From Nemertoderma westbladi (Eukaryota; Animalia; Xenacoelomorpha), in the NCBI GenBank assembly GCA_032718475.1, contig JAUCBJ010009087.1:25124-89123 (forward strand): a stretch of DNA of 64,000 nt, written 5' to 3'. Positions 1-10,115 of this stretch are shown piece after piece. Numbering within the stretch: position 1 is the stretch's first letter; each line of letters starts with the position of its first letter. The translations under genes and the position numbers were made by a program. The notes beneath the pieces were generated by a model, which was not told where the DNA came from, searched no databases, and saw only the letters and a program-made list of their open reading frames with translations.

Positions 1-2
1 TG

Positions 3-3000
3 TTCGTGGAAATAGGAGCAGGGTACGTCTGAGTCCATAGGGGTGAAATGGTCTCTCGATGCGCATAATCGACAACGTTTTCGAGAAACATAGTTGGCGT
101 GTCGATAATCGTATGCGGTGAGACATTGTGGACCTTGATACCACTCTAAGACGTAGTCGTTATCGCTGCTCCGGGGCGCTGTAGGCTGAATCGCCTCAGA
201 TTCTAAGCATATTGGTTCGTCTTCCAATTGCATAGTTGAGGTAGGTGCGGCTGTCTCCGCAAGCGGACCCACTGTCTGAACTTCCACGACAGAATAACCC
301 GTGGGTATTCGTGGTCTTTGTATAACAGATGAATGTAAGTTCTGTATACAAACGTCCTGGAAAAGGGCAAATCCCGCGCTGTTTAGCTTCTCCGCAGCTG
401 AGTCTCTTAGGCTGAGTTTGGTCAGAGCGCGGTCCTTGAACTGACTATCAACGTTACGGAATGGAGTCAGAAAGCGCCTGAAACATTCGAAGCGGATGAA
501 TTTATTGTGTTCATCTAACTTGGCGAGTTTGGTTCCAAGTATTAAGGGATGGGCGCGTATGGTACGACTGCACACATCGGCTAGCCAACCGGCAAGTGCT
601 GCGTTTTCAAAGATCGTGTATATAGCTAAGGAGGGGCGAAGTGGAACACTCATAAAGCTATACACGGCGCCAGGTGCGGTCAATGGTCCATCAAAGTATA
701 AACGAGAATAATGATCTCCATATACTTGTTGGTAATTGATAGGATTTCCAACCTTGAAATTCCATCCGTATTCTTGAAAGGCAAGATGTCCGATGGAGGT
801 TCGTTGTACTTTAGTAATGCCGCTGGGTGTATTGGCATACATACTATGTATGCCAATACACCCAGCGGCATTACTAAAGTACAACGGAAGAGTGCGGAAG
901 AAACCTCGGCCTTCTGCCCAGGGAGCAATCAGCTGAGTATCAACGAAAGGGTATGGAATGTTCTCCATGTTCCGAAAGTCGTTTTGTAGATCTCCATAAA
1001 CAGCCGAGCCGATTTTAAGGATTCTTTCGTTAAACAACATCTCGAGCACGGGCTGGGGTAACATCGATCCATCGATACCCATGGCTGGTTTGCGCTTGGT
1101 GTCGGTGACGTAACGCTGCGCGAGTTCGAATTGTCCATGTCGGAGTTTCTTTTGTGTCTCAGTAAGAGTCTCAAAAGAATAATCAATCACATCGGAACAC
1201 GCTTGAGTAAATATGTGGGTAGAACCAGCGAGTCCTCGTATGTGTATCATTCGCGTAGTTCCCAGTTCTCCAACCAGAACGCTACCTTCGTTATCGTAAG
1301 TGACAACTCCATACATCTCGATAACGTTAAGAGTCTCGTTCCATTCTTTAGTGGCGTTTTCGAGAGTCATTCCCACTGGATGCCACAAGGTAGTGCATTC
1401 GCTAGCATTAGGTAGATCTCTATACTTTAAGTATTGTGTAGTATATGTTTCCACATCTCCATATCGTTGTATTCTTTCCTCCTCGAATAACACGTCAAGA
1501 TTCCAGTGTACTAATCGAGTTTTGATGAATCCATCAAGATTATACGGAGGTATTGTTTCTTTCTCTATTCTGGAAACATTATATGGTTTTCGAAATGAGT
1601 TTACTTTAACTAACTGATCCAGATGTTTCTGCAGTTGTTCGAGTTCGACAAGATCGAGAGGATTTATTAGTGGTAGAAACCTCAGACTATGTGTAGGATC
1701 TTCCGGTTTTACCATGTAATATTGTGTTAGATTGACGTAATAAGGGTGATCTTTGATCCCATAAAACGAGTCCGATAAAGGTCTAGCGCGTATGTTAACA
1801 TCGTGTACCATGCGACGGACAAGATCCGCTCTATTGTCCGGAGGTTCAACGAGTATACCATCGACACGAGCGGCTTCGATGGGCGGACGTTGCAACATGG
1901 GAGCGTCAGCGATAAGATCTCGAGATCTTAGGTTGATATCAACCAGTTGAGGCTGTGCTGTGGCGAAGAGTTTGTCTCCGAAATGAGGAACCATCGAAGG
2001 ATGGATAATGGTTTTAGAATAGAGATCTGTTATAAGGATTTGAGCTTCTGGCTGGGCTAAAGCTGCTTCTTCTCTCTCATCTAGTTCTATATGTCTCTCC
2101 TCGAGCTGATTTTCCTCCGCTTGTTGTTGTAAACGCTCATCTAGGAACTCTTGTAAAGAGTAGGTTCGTCCACGTTCGATGTCCTCTTCGAGATTTTGTA
2201 TTTCTCTATCGAACTGGGGTAAAGCTAATTCTTTCACCGCTTGGACTTGTTGCTGCAATTTACATTTCTCCAAACAATCGTAAGTTCCCTTTCCGATTTT
2301 CTGCCGAATAGCGTCTAACGCGTTTCGTACGACGCTCTCTTCGACTTCCGTAACGGGTTGTATCGGGGTGAAGCCGGGACGGTTGTACGGGTTAAACGGC
2401 GATATTAGATGACCGCGTCCTAATCCGGCTAGGTAGGGTTGGCGAATATCTAGTGAGCCCACTACCGGAGTGCCACCGATCAACTGTTCGGGTAACACTA
2501 GATCTTTGAACAGTGAGTACAGTTCGGGAGGATCCGTGATACTATTAGGATCAAGTGTCTGAGGTCTAACTGAGGAATGAGGAGGTCTGACCGAGTATTC
2601 CGGAACTCTGATCATTGGTTTATTCAAGGATCGTTTGAGCCGAGCTACCGTAGGTGATACGTCGAACAGGTTTCGCTCGAAACTCCCATAAGTATATCGT
2701 GTAAAACTGTGTTTAGCGCAACGTCTCCGCGGATGTTTATGTCTTTCCGTTTGCTGATTGGGTCTAGGGCATTCGTCGCAGTAATACCAAAGACACACGT
2801 CCTGCAGGGGAAACGCGGGTGATCGTTCTCCAGTTTTATAATATTCCTCCATCTGTTCAAAGCTATCTGGGATGACAGGTAGCGGTCGATCGGCGGTAAG
2901 ATACATCATAGTGAAATAGAGTCGTTTGAGTTCTATCATAGGATCATGATGTATACCTTCAGGATATCGAGTTTCGAGATTTTGTTGGCTGGCAATATTG

Positions 3001-3446
3001 AGATATGTCTCTCTCAGGAATTCCAGATAATCGTTGAAGTCGCTGCGTTTATCCGGCTCTTCAACGTCTTCCTTTTCGAGTCTGTTTCGAATAGAGTTCT
3101 CGTGTTCTATTCTCGGTTTATCGTTCCGACTCCGCTGGGTATGATATTTAAATAAAACCATTTCCCTTTCGGTGTCTATATCGTCCGTATCGTGTAAATC
3201 GATAGGATGGCCAGTAGTTAAGAAGTCCATATACGTACCATTACGATGCGTATAGCGAGCGGTGAATTTTCGATAGTCCAATTCACGCGTAAGTTGCTCC
3301 GGGGACATTGGCGGTTCGATATAACGACCATCATCCTCCGTAGTAGTTGGACCAGCATCGCCGCGTATCAAGCTATCGACAAACGCTTGTAAAGGTAGAG
3401 TATATCGCTCCCTAATACCAAGATCATCTTCTATCAACTCAGTCAT
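3..3446 (-). CDS. Large ORF (at least 1148 aa, runs off the left edge): N-terminal Cys/His cluster, E/Q-rich coiled coil, DEDDy (WRN/EXD2/RNase D-like) 3'-5' exonuclease-like domain, C-terminal CxxC-x4-H motif
   Basis: Manual translation from ATG at 3446 (MTELIEDDLGIRERY...) found no stop before position 1. No ORF-track entry uses this frame, consistent with it having no stop in the window. ExoI-like GVVTYDNEG (D 1293-1295, E 1287-1289); LPQPVLEMLFNERILKIGSAVYGD (ExoII-like D 990-992); FVDTQLIA; SIGHLAFQEYG; ExoIII-like PLRPSLAIYTIFE (606-620); CRLCASRDH near 50-76. Confidence 0.85.
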   Translation of the reverse strand, partial: MTELIEDDLGIRERYTLPLQAFVDSLIRGDAGPTTTEDDGRYIEPPMSPEQLTRELDYRKFTARYTHRNGTYMDFLTTGHPIDLHDTDDIDTEREMVLFKYHTQRSRNDKPRIEHENSIRNRLEKEDVEEPDKRSDFNDYLEFLRETYLNIASQQNLETRYPEGIHHDPMIELKRLYFTMMYLTADRPLPVIPDSFEQMEEYYKTGERSPAFPLQDVCLWYYCDECPRPNQQTERHKHPRRRCAKHSFTRYTYGSFERNLFDVSPTVARLKRSLNKPMIRVPEYSVRPPHSSVRPQTLDPNSITDPPELYSLFKDLVLPEQLIGGTPVVGSLDIRQPYLAGLGRGHLISPFNPYNRPGFTPIQPVTEVEESVVRNALDAIRQKIGKGTYDCLEKCKLQQQVQAVKELALPQFDREIQNLEEDIERGRTYSLQEFLDERLQQQAEENQLEERHIELDEREEAALAQPEAQILITDLYSKTIIHPSMVPHFGDKLFATAQPQLVDINLRSRDLIADAPMLQRPPIEAARVDGILVEPPDNRADLVRRMVHDVNIRARPLSDSFYGIKDHPYYVNLTQYYMVKPEDPTHSLRFLPLINPLDLVELEQLQKHLDQLVKVNSFRKPYNVSRIEKETIPPYNLDGFIKTRLVHWNLDVLFEEERIQRYGDVETYTTQYLKYRDLPNASECTTLWHPVGMTLENATKEWNETLNVIEMYGVVTYDNEGSVLVGELGTTRMIHIRGLAGSTHIFTQACSDVIDYSFETLTETQKKLRHGQFELAQRYVTDTKRKPAMGIDGSMLPQPVLEMLFNERILKIGSAVYGDLQNDFRNMENIPYPFVDTQLIAPWAEGRGFFRTLPLYFSNAAGCIGIHSMYANTPSGITKVQRTSIGHLAFQEYGWNFKVGNPINYQQVYGDHYSRLYFDGPLTAPGAVYSFMSVPLRPSLAIYTIFENAALAGWLADVCSRTIRAHPLILGTKLAKLDEHNKFIRFECFRRFLTPFRNVDSQFKDRALTKLSLRDSAAEKLNSAGFALFQDVCIQNLHSSVIQRPRIPTGYSVVEVQTVGPLAETAAPTSTMQLEDEPICLESEAIQPTAPRSSDNDYVLEWYQGPQCLTAYDYRHANYVSRKRCRLCASRDHFTPMDSDVPCSYFHE
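802..886. repeat. Perfect inverted repeat: 42-bp arms with a 1-nt spacer
   Basis: 802-843 cgttgtactttagtaatgccgctgggtgtattggcatacata, then c at 844, then the exact reverse complement at 845-886. Confidence 0.98.
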
Positions 3447-3518
3447 ATCTGCTATATGAGTTTATCAATATTATAATGAGTTTATATTTTAGGCTAGCGG
3501 GCGTCGCTGCCTACCCCT

Positions 3519-3644
3519 CTTTGCCCCCGGACAGTGCAAGATCCTCAGCGCCGATGTACCGTCGTCGCTGTGCTTTCGCCAACGATGTAGCTACACAACG
3601 ACAACGATAACTGGCACAAGTCACTCCACTGTCCGTCCCAAAGG
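3519..3644 (-). promoter_or_regulatory. Predicted nested RNA stem-loop in the leader of the exonuclease-like ORF
   Basis: Outer stem cggacagtg/cactgtccg plus ctttg/caaag. An inner stem of about 24 bp pairs almost fully on the minus strand through several G-U wobbles. Confidence 0.55.
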
Positions 3645-4266
3645 CTTAGATGTACTTCAGGTTCTTTCTGGAGAGTTAGGGCTACTTTCACAATTGCGAC
3701 TCGCTACTGTAAACACACTTTAGCAGTAACATTCACCTATAAACGCACAAATTCAACACAACTGTCACAAACTGTACACATTCGGGCCATTTGTCCGTTA
3801 GTCAGTGCCTTCCAGAATGTCACTTTATTATTATGTATCCTTGGATACTATCAGTGCGCTATTTATTCCCTATGCTATTCAATGGGGCAAGCTTTCTATT
3901 GTTCTTTTAACTCACTTCTAATTCTAGCGTGGTTGTTGCCATGGTGACATTATGGAAGGCTAGCGGTAGAATTAGGGTAATTCTCATGCATACAGATCTG
4001 GGATGCTATTTAATAGTAATTCTTTAATGGTCAATATCCTCTCTATACATGATTTTATGAATTTTATCGGCTATTGACTATATATTGGAGATTCTCGCAC
4101 ACTAATACACTTAATAGAGTGAATCTCCGCTCCCATGATCTATTAATTAAAGGAATTTTGGGAATGTTATAAATTGTATAAAAATGACAATTTATTAAAT
4201 TCATTAAAAATATGAATTTAAATTTATTCCCGCAAATTTTATTATTTAATGTTAAATAGACACAAT

Positions 4267-4531
4267 TTTATTCCAGAACATGTCTGGGGACTGGGATCCT
4301 TGATTCTAGGAAATTGGTCTTTTTAAGAATATCGGTAAGTGCTACGATATCTTAATAGACTAGAATTTTAAAGGATCTAAAATTTGACAGATTTTGTAAA
4401 TATTAATAATTAATATTTAGGATGGGCACCAGTTTATTCCAGAACTTGTCTGGGGACGTTAACCACTGATTCTAGAATTTTGTCTTTCAAGTATATCGGT
4501 GGGTGCCACGATATCTTAATCGACTAGAATT
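4267..4531. repeat. Two diverged ~100-bp direct repeats, each folding into hairpins
   Basis: tttattccagaac(a/t)tgtctgggga...attctag...atatcg...cgatatcttaat..gactagaatt occurs at about 4267-4367 and 4433-4531. Confidence 0.8.
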
Positions 4532-5081
4532 GCAGATGGTCAAAGGGTTTTACAGATTTATTTTGCGTTATACGCTACTGTTAAAAGGACATCACACTAC
4601 TATATGTATTATTTAATATATGGTATGAGAGCAATATCGCACGAAGCAATGTCAGTGAGAAGAGGCAAGTCGTTTCCAAGGTCTACCCAGAGCTTGGTTT
4701 AGCCGAGACACGAGGATCTGAATTTTGCATTCCTAATACTCTACTTTACCAATAATACTTTAATATAGTAGGAGCTTTATTGTACTTTAATAAGTACGAA
4801 TATTTCATCTTACTGTAGTTACGTATTTGTAATGTAATACGGACTGTAAGGAAAGAGAAAAAGAATTATTTCTCGCCGTCGCACTAAATATATAATATAT
4901 AAGTAATTAAATAATAAACGCAAATATATATTGCACTAATCTACTAAATAATCGCTAAAATAACATTCTACTAAATAAAATTAAAGAAAACGATTATAAT
5001 AAAAATACGTAATAATACATACATAAATATAAAATGATAAGAATATAAAATAATATGGTCACACACCCACTCCATACGCTA

Positions 5082-8000
5082 CTAAGCTGGGGAGTCCCTA
5101 GATGTTTGTTGGATTAGGGAGGTGGTCGTGGGAAGAGTATCTTGTCTTCCATAGTTTCCGGAGAGTTCTCTGTCTCTTTCCAGTAAACATAAACGACCAA
5201 CTGGGCGATTGAGCTGCTGTATCTCGAAGACAATTCCAGGTTTCCTCTTCGTCCTGGAATAGTGACGATAGAAACATCGCTTCAAATACACGAAGGCCTT
5301 ACAAAGCCGATTCCAGGATCTATAGTGGTCCATCGCTCCCGGCAGGAGAGGTGAGAGTCCCGGCGAGACGTCTGGTGTTCCAGATCTCCAGTCTCTCTCT
5401 CTGATCTCCACAACAGATCGGTTCGCGGTGGGGGAGTTTAGATCCACAGCGTCGTCCCTGGCAATGTGTAATACAGACAGATCTATCACGGGTTTAAATA
5501 ACCTTGATTTACTCGTCCGGGTTTTAGGTTTGACTTTCTCCGCTCCCTTGGCTTGTCTAATCTCAGCCGTGGTAAGATGGGGAGGCCATTCATCTTCTTT
5601 ACTTAGGAAGTCGGGTCCACCTAACCAGTCTGGAGTATCTGTCAGTTCTTGAGGAGTTGCTCCTCTGGAAGCGATGTCGGCTAGATTAATCGTCTCGGGG
5701 CAATATCTCCATTGATCTACATTGGAGTTAATATCGTCATTATCTGAGGAGTATGGTGTTCCCTCAGTTGGGTCGTCAACTTCACTGTTCTCCACTTCCC
5801 ATTCACTTAATTGATATACCTGTTCTTTCGGTAATCTTTCCATGAGAGTTCTACGGGAAGGGCCAGTAAAGTACCAACCTACTCTAGTTCTTCCCGCATA
5901 GGCTTGTAGTGGTTGCGGTTGAGCAGGCCGTTTCTCCAATGTCTCGAGCGCCTCATGCGCATTTTGACCGATGAGTATTTGCACTCCAGGGTAATCGGTG
6001 GCGAATCTAGGTATTTCAAGCTGCTGGGTGAAATCGTCCTCATCCCAGTTATAAGGTTCCACTTGGCTGGTAGCGAAGTTCTTTATCGCCACCATCTTTA
6101 CTGACCTTATACTATGTTCTCCTAGTTCATCCTGGGGGGTGGACAACGCACCTACATAATAATCCGCTATTACTGTAGATTTCCAAACCTGCATAATTCC
6201 TGACATGTTTAACTTGGTTCGGAACTTGGGTTGTCCAGCAAAGATGTCTTCGGCTAGTTCTTTGTCGATGAATGTTCCTGTGCTACCGGAGTCAAGGAGA
6301 GCATTCACTATATAACTCCTTTTAGGTCCGTGGACCCTTAACTGTACTACAGGAAATTCTCGGATTCCTACATTGGAAGTTGGTGCTTTCCAAGATGGTT
6401 GTCGATCAGAAGTAGTTAGGGTGAGCTCGCTGTCGGTGTCCTTTTCATACGTAAGTGCTCGATACACTGCGGTATTTATCATGTAACAAGATTCATCTTC
6501 GTCGGAGAATTCATCCGTATAGAATCCTTCCATCTCAGAACTTTGGTCAGTGTCGTTCACATCACTGAATTGGACATGTAGTTCGGAATCACTAACCTGA
6601 CTCGGGCTGTTTCGTTCGAATTCAGTGTGCAACAAGAGATGATGTTTTGCGCCGCACTTCGCACACCTTGCGTCGGAATAACAGGTTTGCCGTTGGTGTC
6701 CTCGTCTGAGGCAATTATAACACAACCGCTTATCCCACATGACTTCACGTCTGTCCTTTAGTGATTTCCTCAGGAATTCATCACACGCACTTAAACGGTG
6801 GGGCCCGTCACACAGCACACATTTTGGTTTGATGTTACTTACCTTACTTTGGGTAACGTTGTGCACACTCGTTCTTTCTTCGGGCTTTCTTACATGAATT
6901 CTCTTAGGAGACGTAGGAGGAGTTTTTCTTACCTGTTCTCTCCTGTCATTGGTTCGAGACTTGAATTTACTTACGTCCTTAGGCGCTTTGTTGTCATAGT
7001 AAGATCTTTCAGTGTCTTTCCCGCTGTCTTCCTCTTGAGAAGCCTGGCTTTCGCCGTCGTCTGTATAACACACTGGTATTACCTTTCTCCTAGAAACGGG
7101 TTTCTCACTTACCTTGTTTTCCGGTGTCTTCTCTCTGGACTGCTTTAGGAGTTGTAATTTCACTTCTCCATCTAAGAATGACATGAGATCAGTCATGGTA
7201 GGGTCTCGTCGCTGTTATTCCATCATATATAACACTTTCTTATCCCAGCGTGTGCCTACTCCTCCCTTAGGTAAAGTTGAGGCCACGGCTCCAATAACCA
7301 TAGAACTCTGATATTCATGAGACTTACCTAGCCAATCTAATTGTCTACAGATCTCCTGAATCTCATCGGAAAACTCTATAATCCCGCTGCTAATGAATTT
7401 TCGGGGCGCTACCAATTTTGCATACAAATACCTAGCTATGTTATTCCTATTACCATACCTGATGTTTAGGGTATCCCAAACTTGTCTTTATCCGTCTGGA
7501 TGTCCAATAAACTTTAACGCCATTAACTTGGGAGATCCTTCCAAGCACTCGATGAAGAATCTAAGTTTCTCTCCGTTAGATAGCACAGAGTTCTGTATGT
7601 TATCTTTGTAATATTCATTAAAAGGTAACCATTTCATCTCATCTCCATTGAACTTGACGATCTCTCCCACCTTTACCGCTTGACGGGCTTCGGTTCTAGC
7701 CATTTGACGCGTAAAACTTTCTTGGGCCATCGTGTTATTTAATATCGAGTTATCGGTATATAAATTTCTCGGATTATTATCAAGTCTATATGGAATATCA
7801 TTGTCAACAGGTTTATAATTACCCTTAATAGGGTTCACTATAGGAGTTTCTACTTCACTAGCAGTATAGATGCGTGTAGGCTCCACACCTTGCGCATGAG
7901 ATACTTCAGACCTAACAGGTTGACACATTGTTACCGGGGGTGGTAGTATACCCCTTTGTGTATTTACTAATTTATCGCGTTCTAACGCGATACTTTGCTG

Positions 8001-10115
8001 CACTTCTTGCAACTCTAACCTACTTTCCCTTACTGTGCCCTTGAACTGCTTAACAGTCTCCTGCATCTGCCCAAGCAGGAGATCCATCCCCCGCCGTCTC
8101 TCATCCACCCACTCGACCGCCGAAGCGGGAGCCGCCAACTTTGTAGCGGGCGGACGAGGGACAACGGGCGACAAATCATTAATATTTCGCTCGGAGTCCA
8201 GGACATGAACTGTCTCCTGGGCTGTTCTGCTGGGCACAGGTAGCTTAGTACTATGCAAAGGGAATCTAGAGGTAGGTTCTGGGAGTACAGGTGTCTCTAT
8301 CACCGAAGGGGTGGCTTCGAGAACAGGCCTAATTATTTCAGGCTCATCTACTATAGTAGGGAGTCTGTCTATTTTAATAATTTGGTCTGTGGGTTCTGTA
8401 CTACCTAAGTCTGTGCTAGCTAGTTGTTTTCGAACAGCTGGGGGCAAATCAGGCAATTTCTGACGGTGGGACATTCTTCTACGTCTGCTGAGACGAGATC
8501 GATTTCCTCCGCCTTCAGGATCTGTTGTATCGCCTTCATCTGATGATGTAAAACCCTGTCTCTTGGGGGTGGATCGATTCATCAGCTGCCACTGAGTAGC
8601 TGTTCTCTGTTTATCTATGTAGTCTTGCTTCTCTTGCAGATTTTCCAGTTCTAGTTGGGCGGTCTCTTCAGATGCTCTTCGTTCTGCTTCCGCCACTGCT
8701 ATCTTTCTTTCCGCTTCTGCCGCTGCCGCTTTTCTTTCTGCTTCTACTGCTGCAGCTGCCGCCTTGGCCTCTGCCGCTGCCGCTTTTCTTTCCGCTTCTA
8801 CTGCTGCAGCTGCCGCCTTGGCCTCTGCCGCTGCCGCTTTTCTTTCCGCTTCTACTGCTGCAGCTGCCGCCTTTGCCTCTGCCGCTGCCTCTGCTGCCTT
8901 TCTTTCCGCTTCTGCCGCTGCCATTGCCGCTGCTGTTGCCTTTCTGTCTTCTATACGTTTTTTCTTTACTTGTTCTTCTTGGACTCTAGTGATGCGGAGG
9001 CGTTCATCAAATTTAGCTTGGTTCGCAGCTATCATATCCGCATCGATTGCGTCCAACACAAGCTTGGCTCCTTCACTATTAGGGCTAAGCCCCTCCAGCC
9101 TTCTCCTCAACTCTTCATCACCTACAAAGCGTTGATAGTCTGACAGATAGATGTCAATAGCATCCCTCTTATGCGGTTTCTCTGCTGTCGCTTCACTTTC
9201 CACTTGGGAAAAGGTAGCGTCTGTTGATTCTCCAAGGGTTGAGCGCTCATCTAACTGAGATTTCCACGGGGCAGTTCTTTGAACTTGGATACTCACCCGC
9301 TGTAACCAAGTCTTTACGGCAACTTGCAACGACGTCTCTTGTCTTCTTTTCGAAGCCTCCTCAAAGGCCGATAGGATTAGTCTGATTCTTAGAATTCTTT
9401 CTCGAACTTGATAAAGCAGCTCTCCCTGTTCTTGAGGTCCTTGTGGTTGTCTAAACAATTGTTCCTCTAATCGCTCCATGGAGCTGAAGAATCCCTGTAC
9501 GTATCCTGCTGCAGACCTCTTCCACACAGCTGGATCGATGGTTTCCTTGGTTACTCCCATCCTGTGTATGTCTTCCCAGGCAGCTTCCGATAAGTCAAAC
9601 GGGAGTCCGGGTCCGGGGAAGTTCCATTGCGACTCGACAATAGACTTCAGTTCTTCCCTTGTGTATCCCGCATAACTATCCTTAGTCGATCGCTTACTTC
9701 TCGCCCAATCAATCTGGTGTTCCTCCACCGCAATCAATACCCTAGTGAGTACGGCTGCAGGAAGGATGAGAAGGGGATCCGAATAAACCGCATCTGTCAT
9801 CTTTGCTCCGTGCTCGGGTGTCAGCTCTACAGTATCCTCACTACTGGAACTGTCGGGCCGCTGAGAAATAAGTTATCGGCTCGAGTGTTGCTACTTTTCC
9901 GCTGCTTCTTGGTCCCGCTTGACCCGAGCTCGAGTGCCTATAATAGACCTACGATGTTGGACTAGCCTAGGGTCTGATATTACTACTGGAGGGATGATCT
10001 TTCTGACAGTAGGAGGTGAATTGAACTTCGGTCTCACACTTTCCACACTCCTATCTGGGTCACAGATGGTTGTATCTAAGAGACTGTCTGACAGGTTTTG
10101 CTTTGTATCAGACAT
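5082..10115 (-). mobile_element. Bel/Pao LTR retrotransposon gag-protease polyprotein frame, non-autonomous (RT, most of RNase H and integrase deleted), with premature stops
   Basis: ORFs 9891-10115, 7488-9800, 7215-7427 and 5082-7196 all share one frame, split by stops at 9891, 9873, 7488 and 7215. Gag core KFNGDEMKWLPF...EKLRFF...L.G (DUF1759-like). Triple knuckle CVLCDGPH..C / CYNCLRRGH....C / CAKCGAKHHLLLH. Protease ALLDSGS and ILIG..RTRVGW. RNase H tail QWRYCPETINLADIASRG..WLGGPDFL. Terminal RPVGRLCLLE. Confidence 0.92.
8713..8940 (-). repeat. 54-bp coding tandem repeat (about 3 copies plus degenerate flanks) encoding AEAKAAAAAVEAERKAAA in Gag
   Basis: Repeated unit cttctgccgctgccgcttttctttc(t/c)gcttctactgctgcagctgccgcctt; visible in the 770-aa translation. 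Confidence 0.9.

Noticed and set aside
496-3155. Short ORF-track entries on both strands in the first 3.2 kb
   Set aside because: Shadows of the long minus-strand ORF.
4600-5080. PPT-like ggagtgggtg followed by tgt just after the pol stop, as a possible 3' LTR start
   Set aside because: No matching sequence was found by eye upstream of gag. Left open, because if real it would place the exonuclease ORF outside the element.
8655-9143. Plus-strand Cys-, Leu/Pro- and Ala-rich ORFs
   Set aside because: Antisense readings of the Gag Ala-rich repeat.
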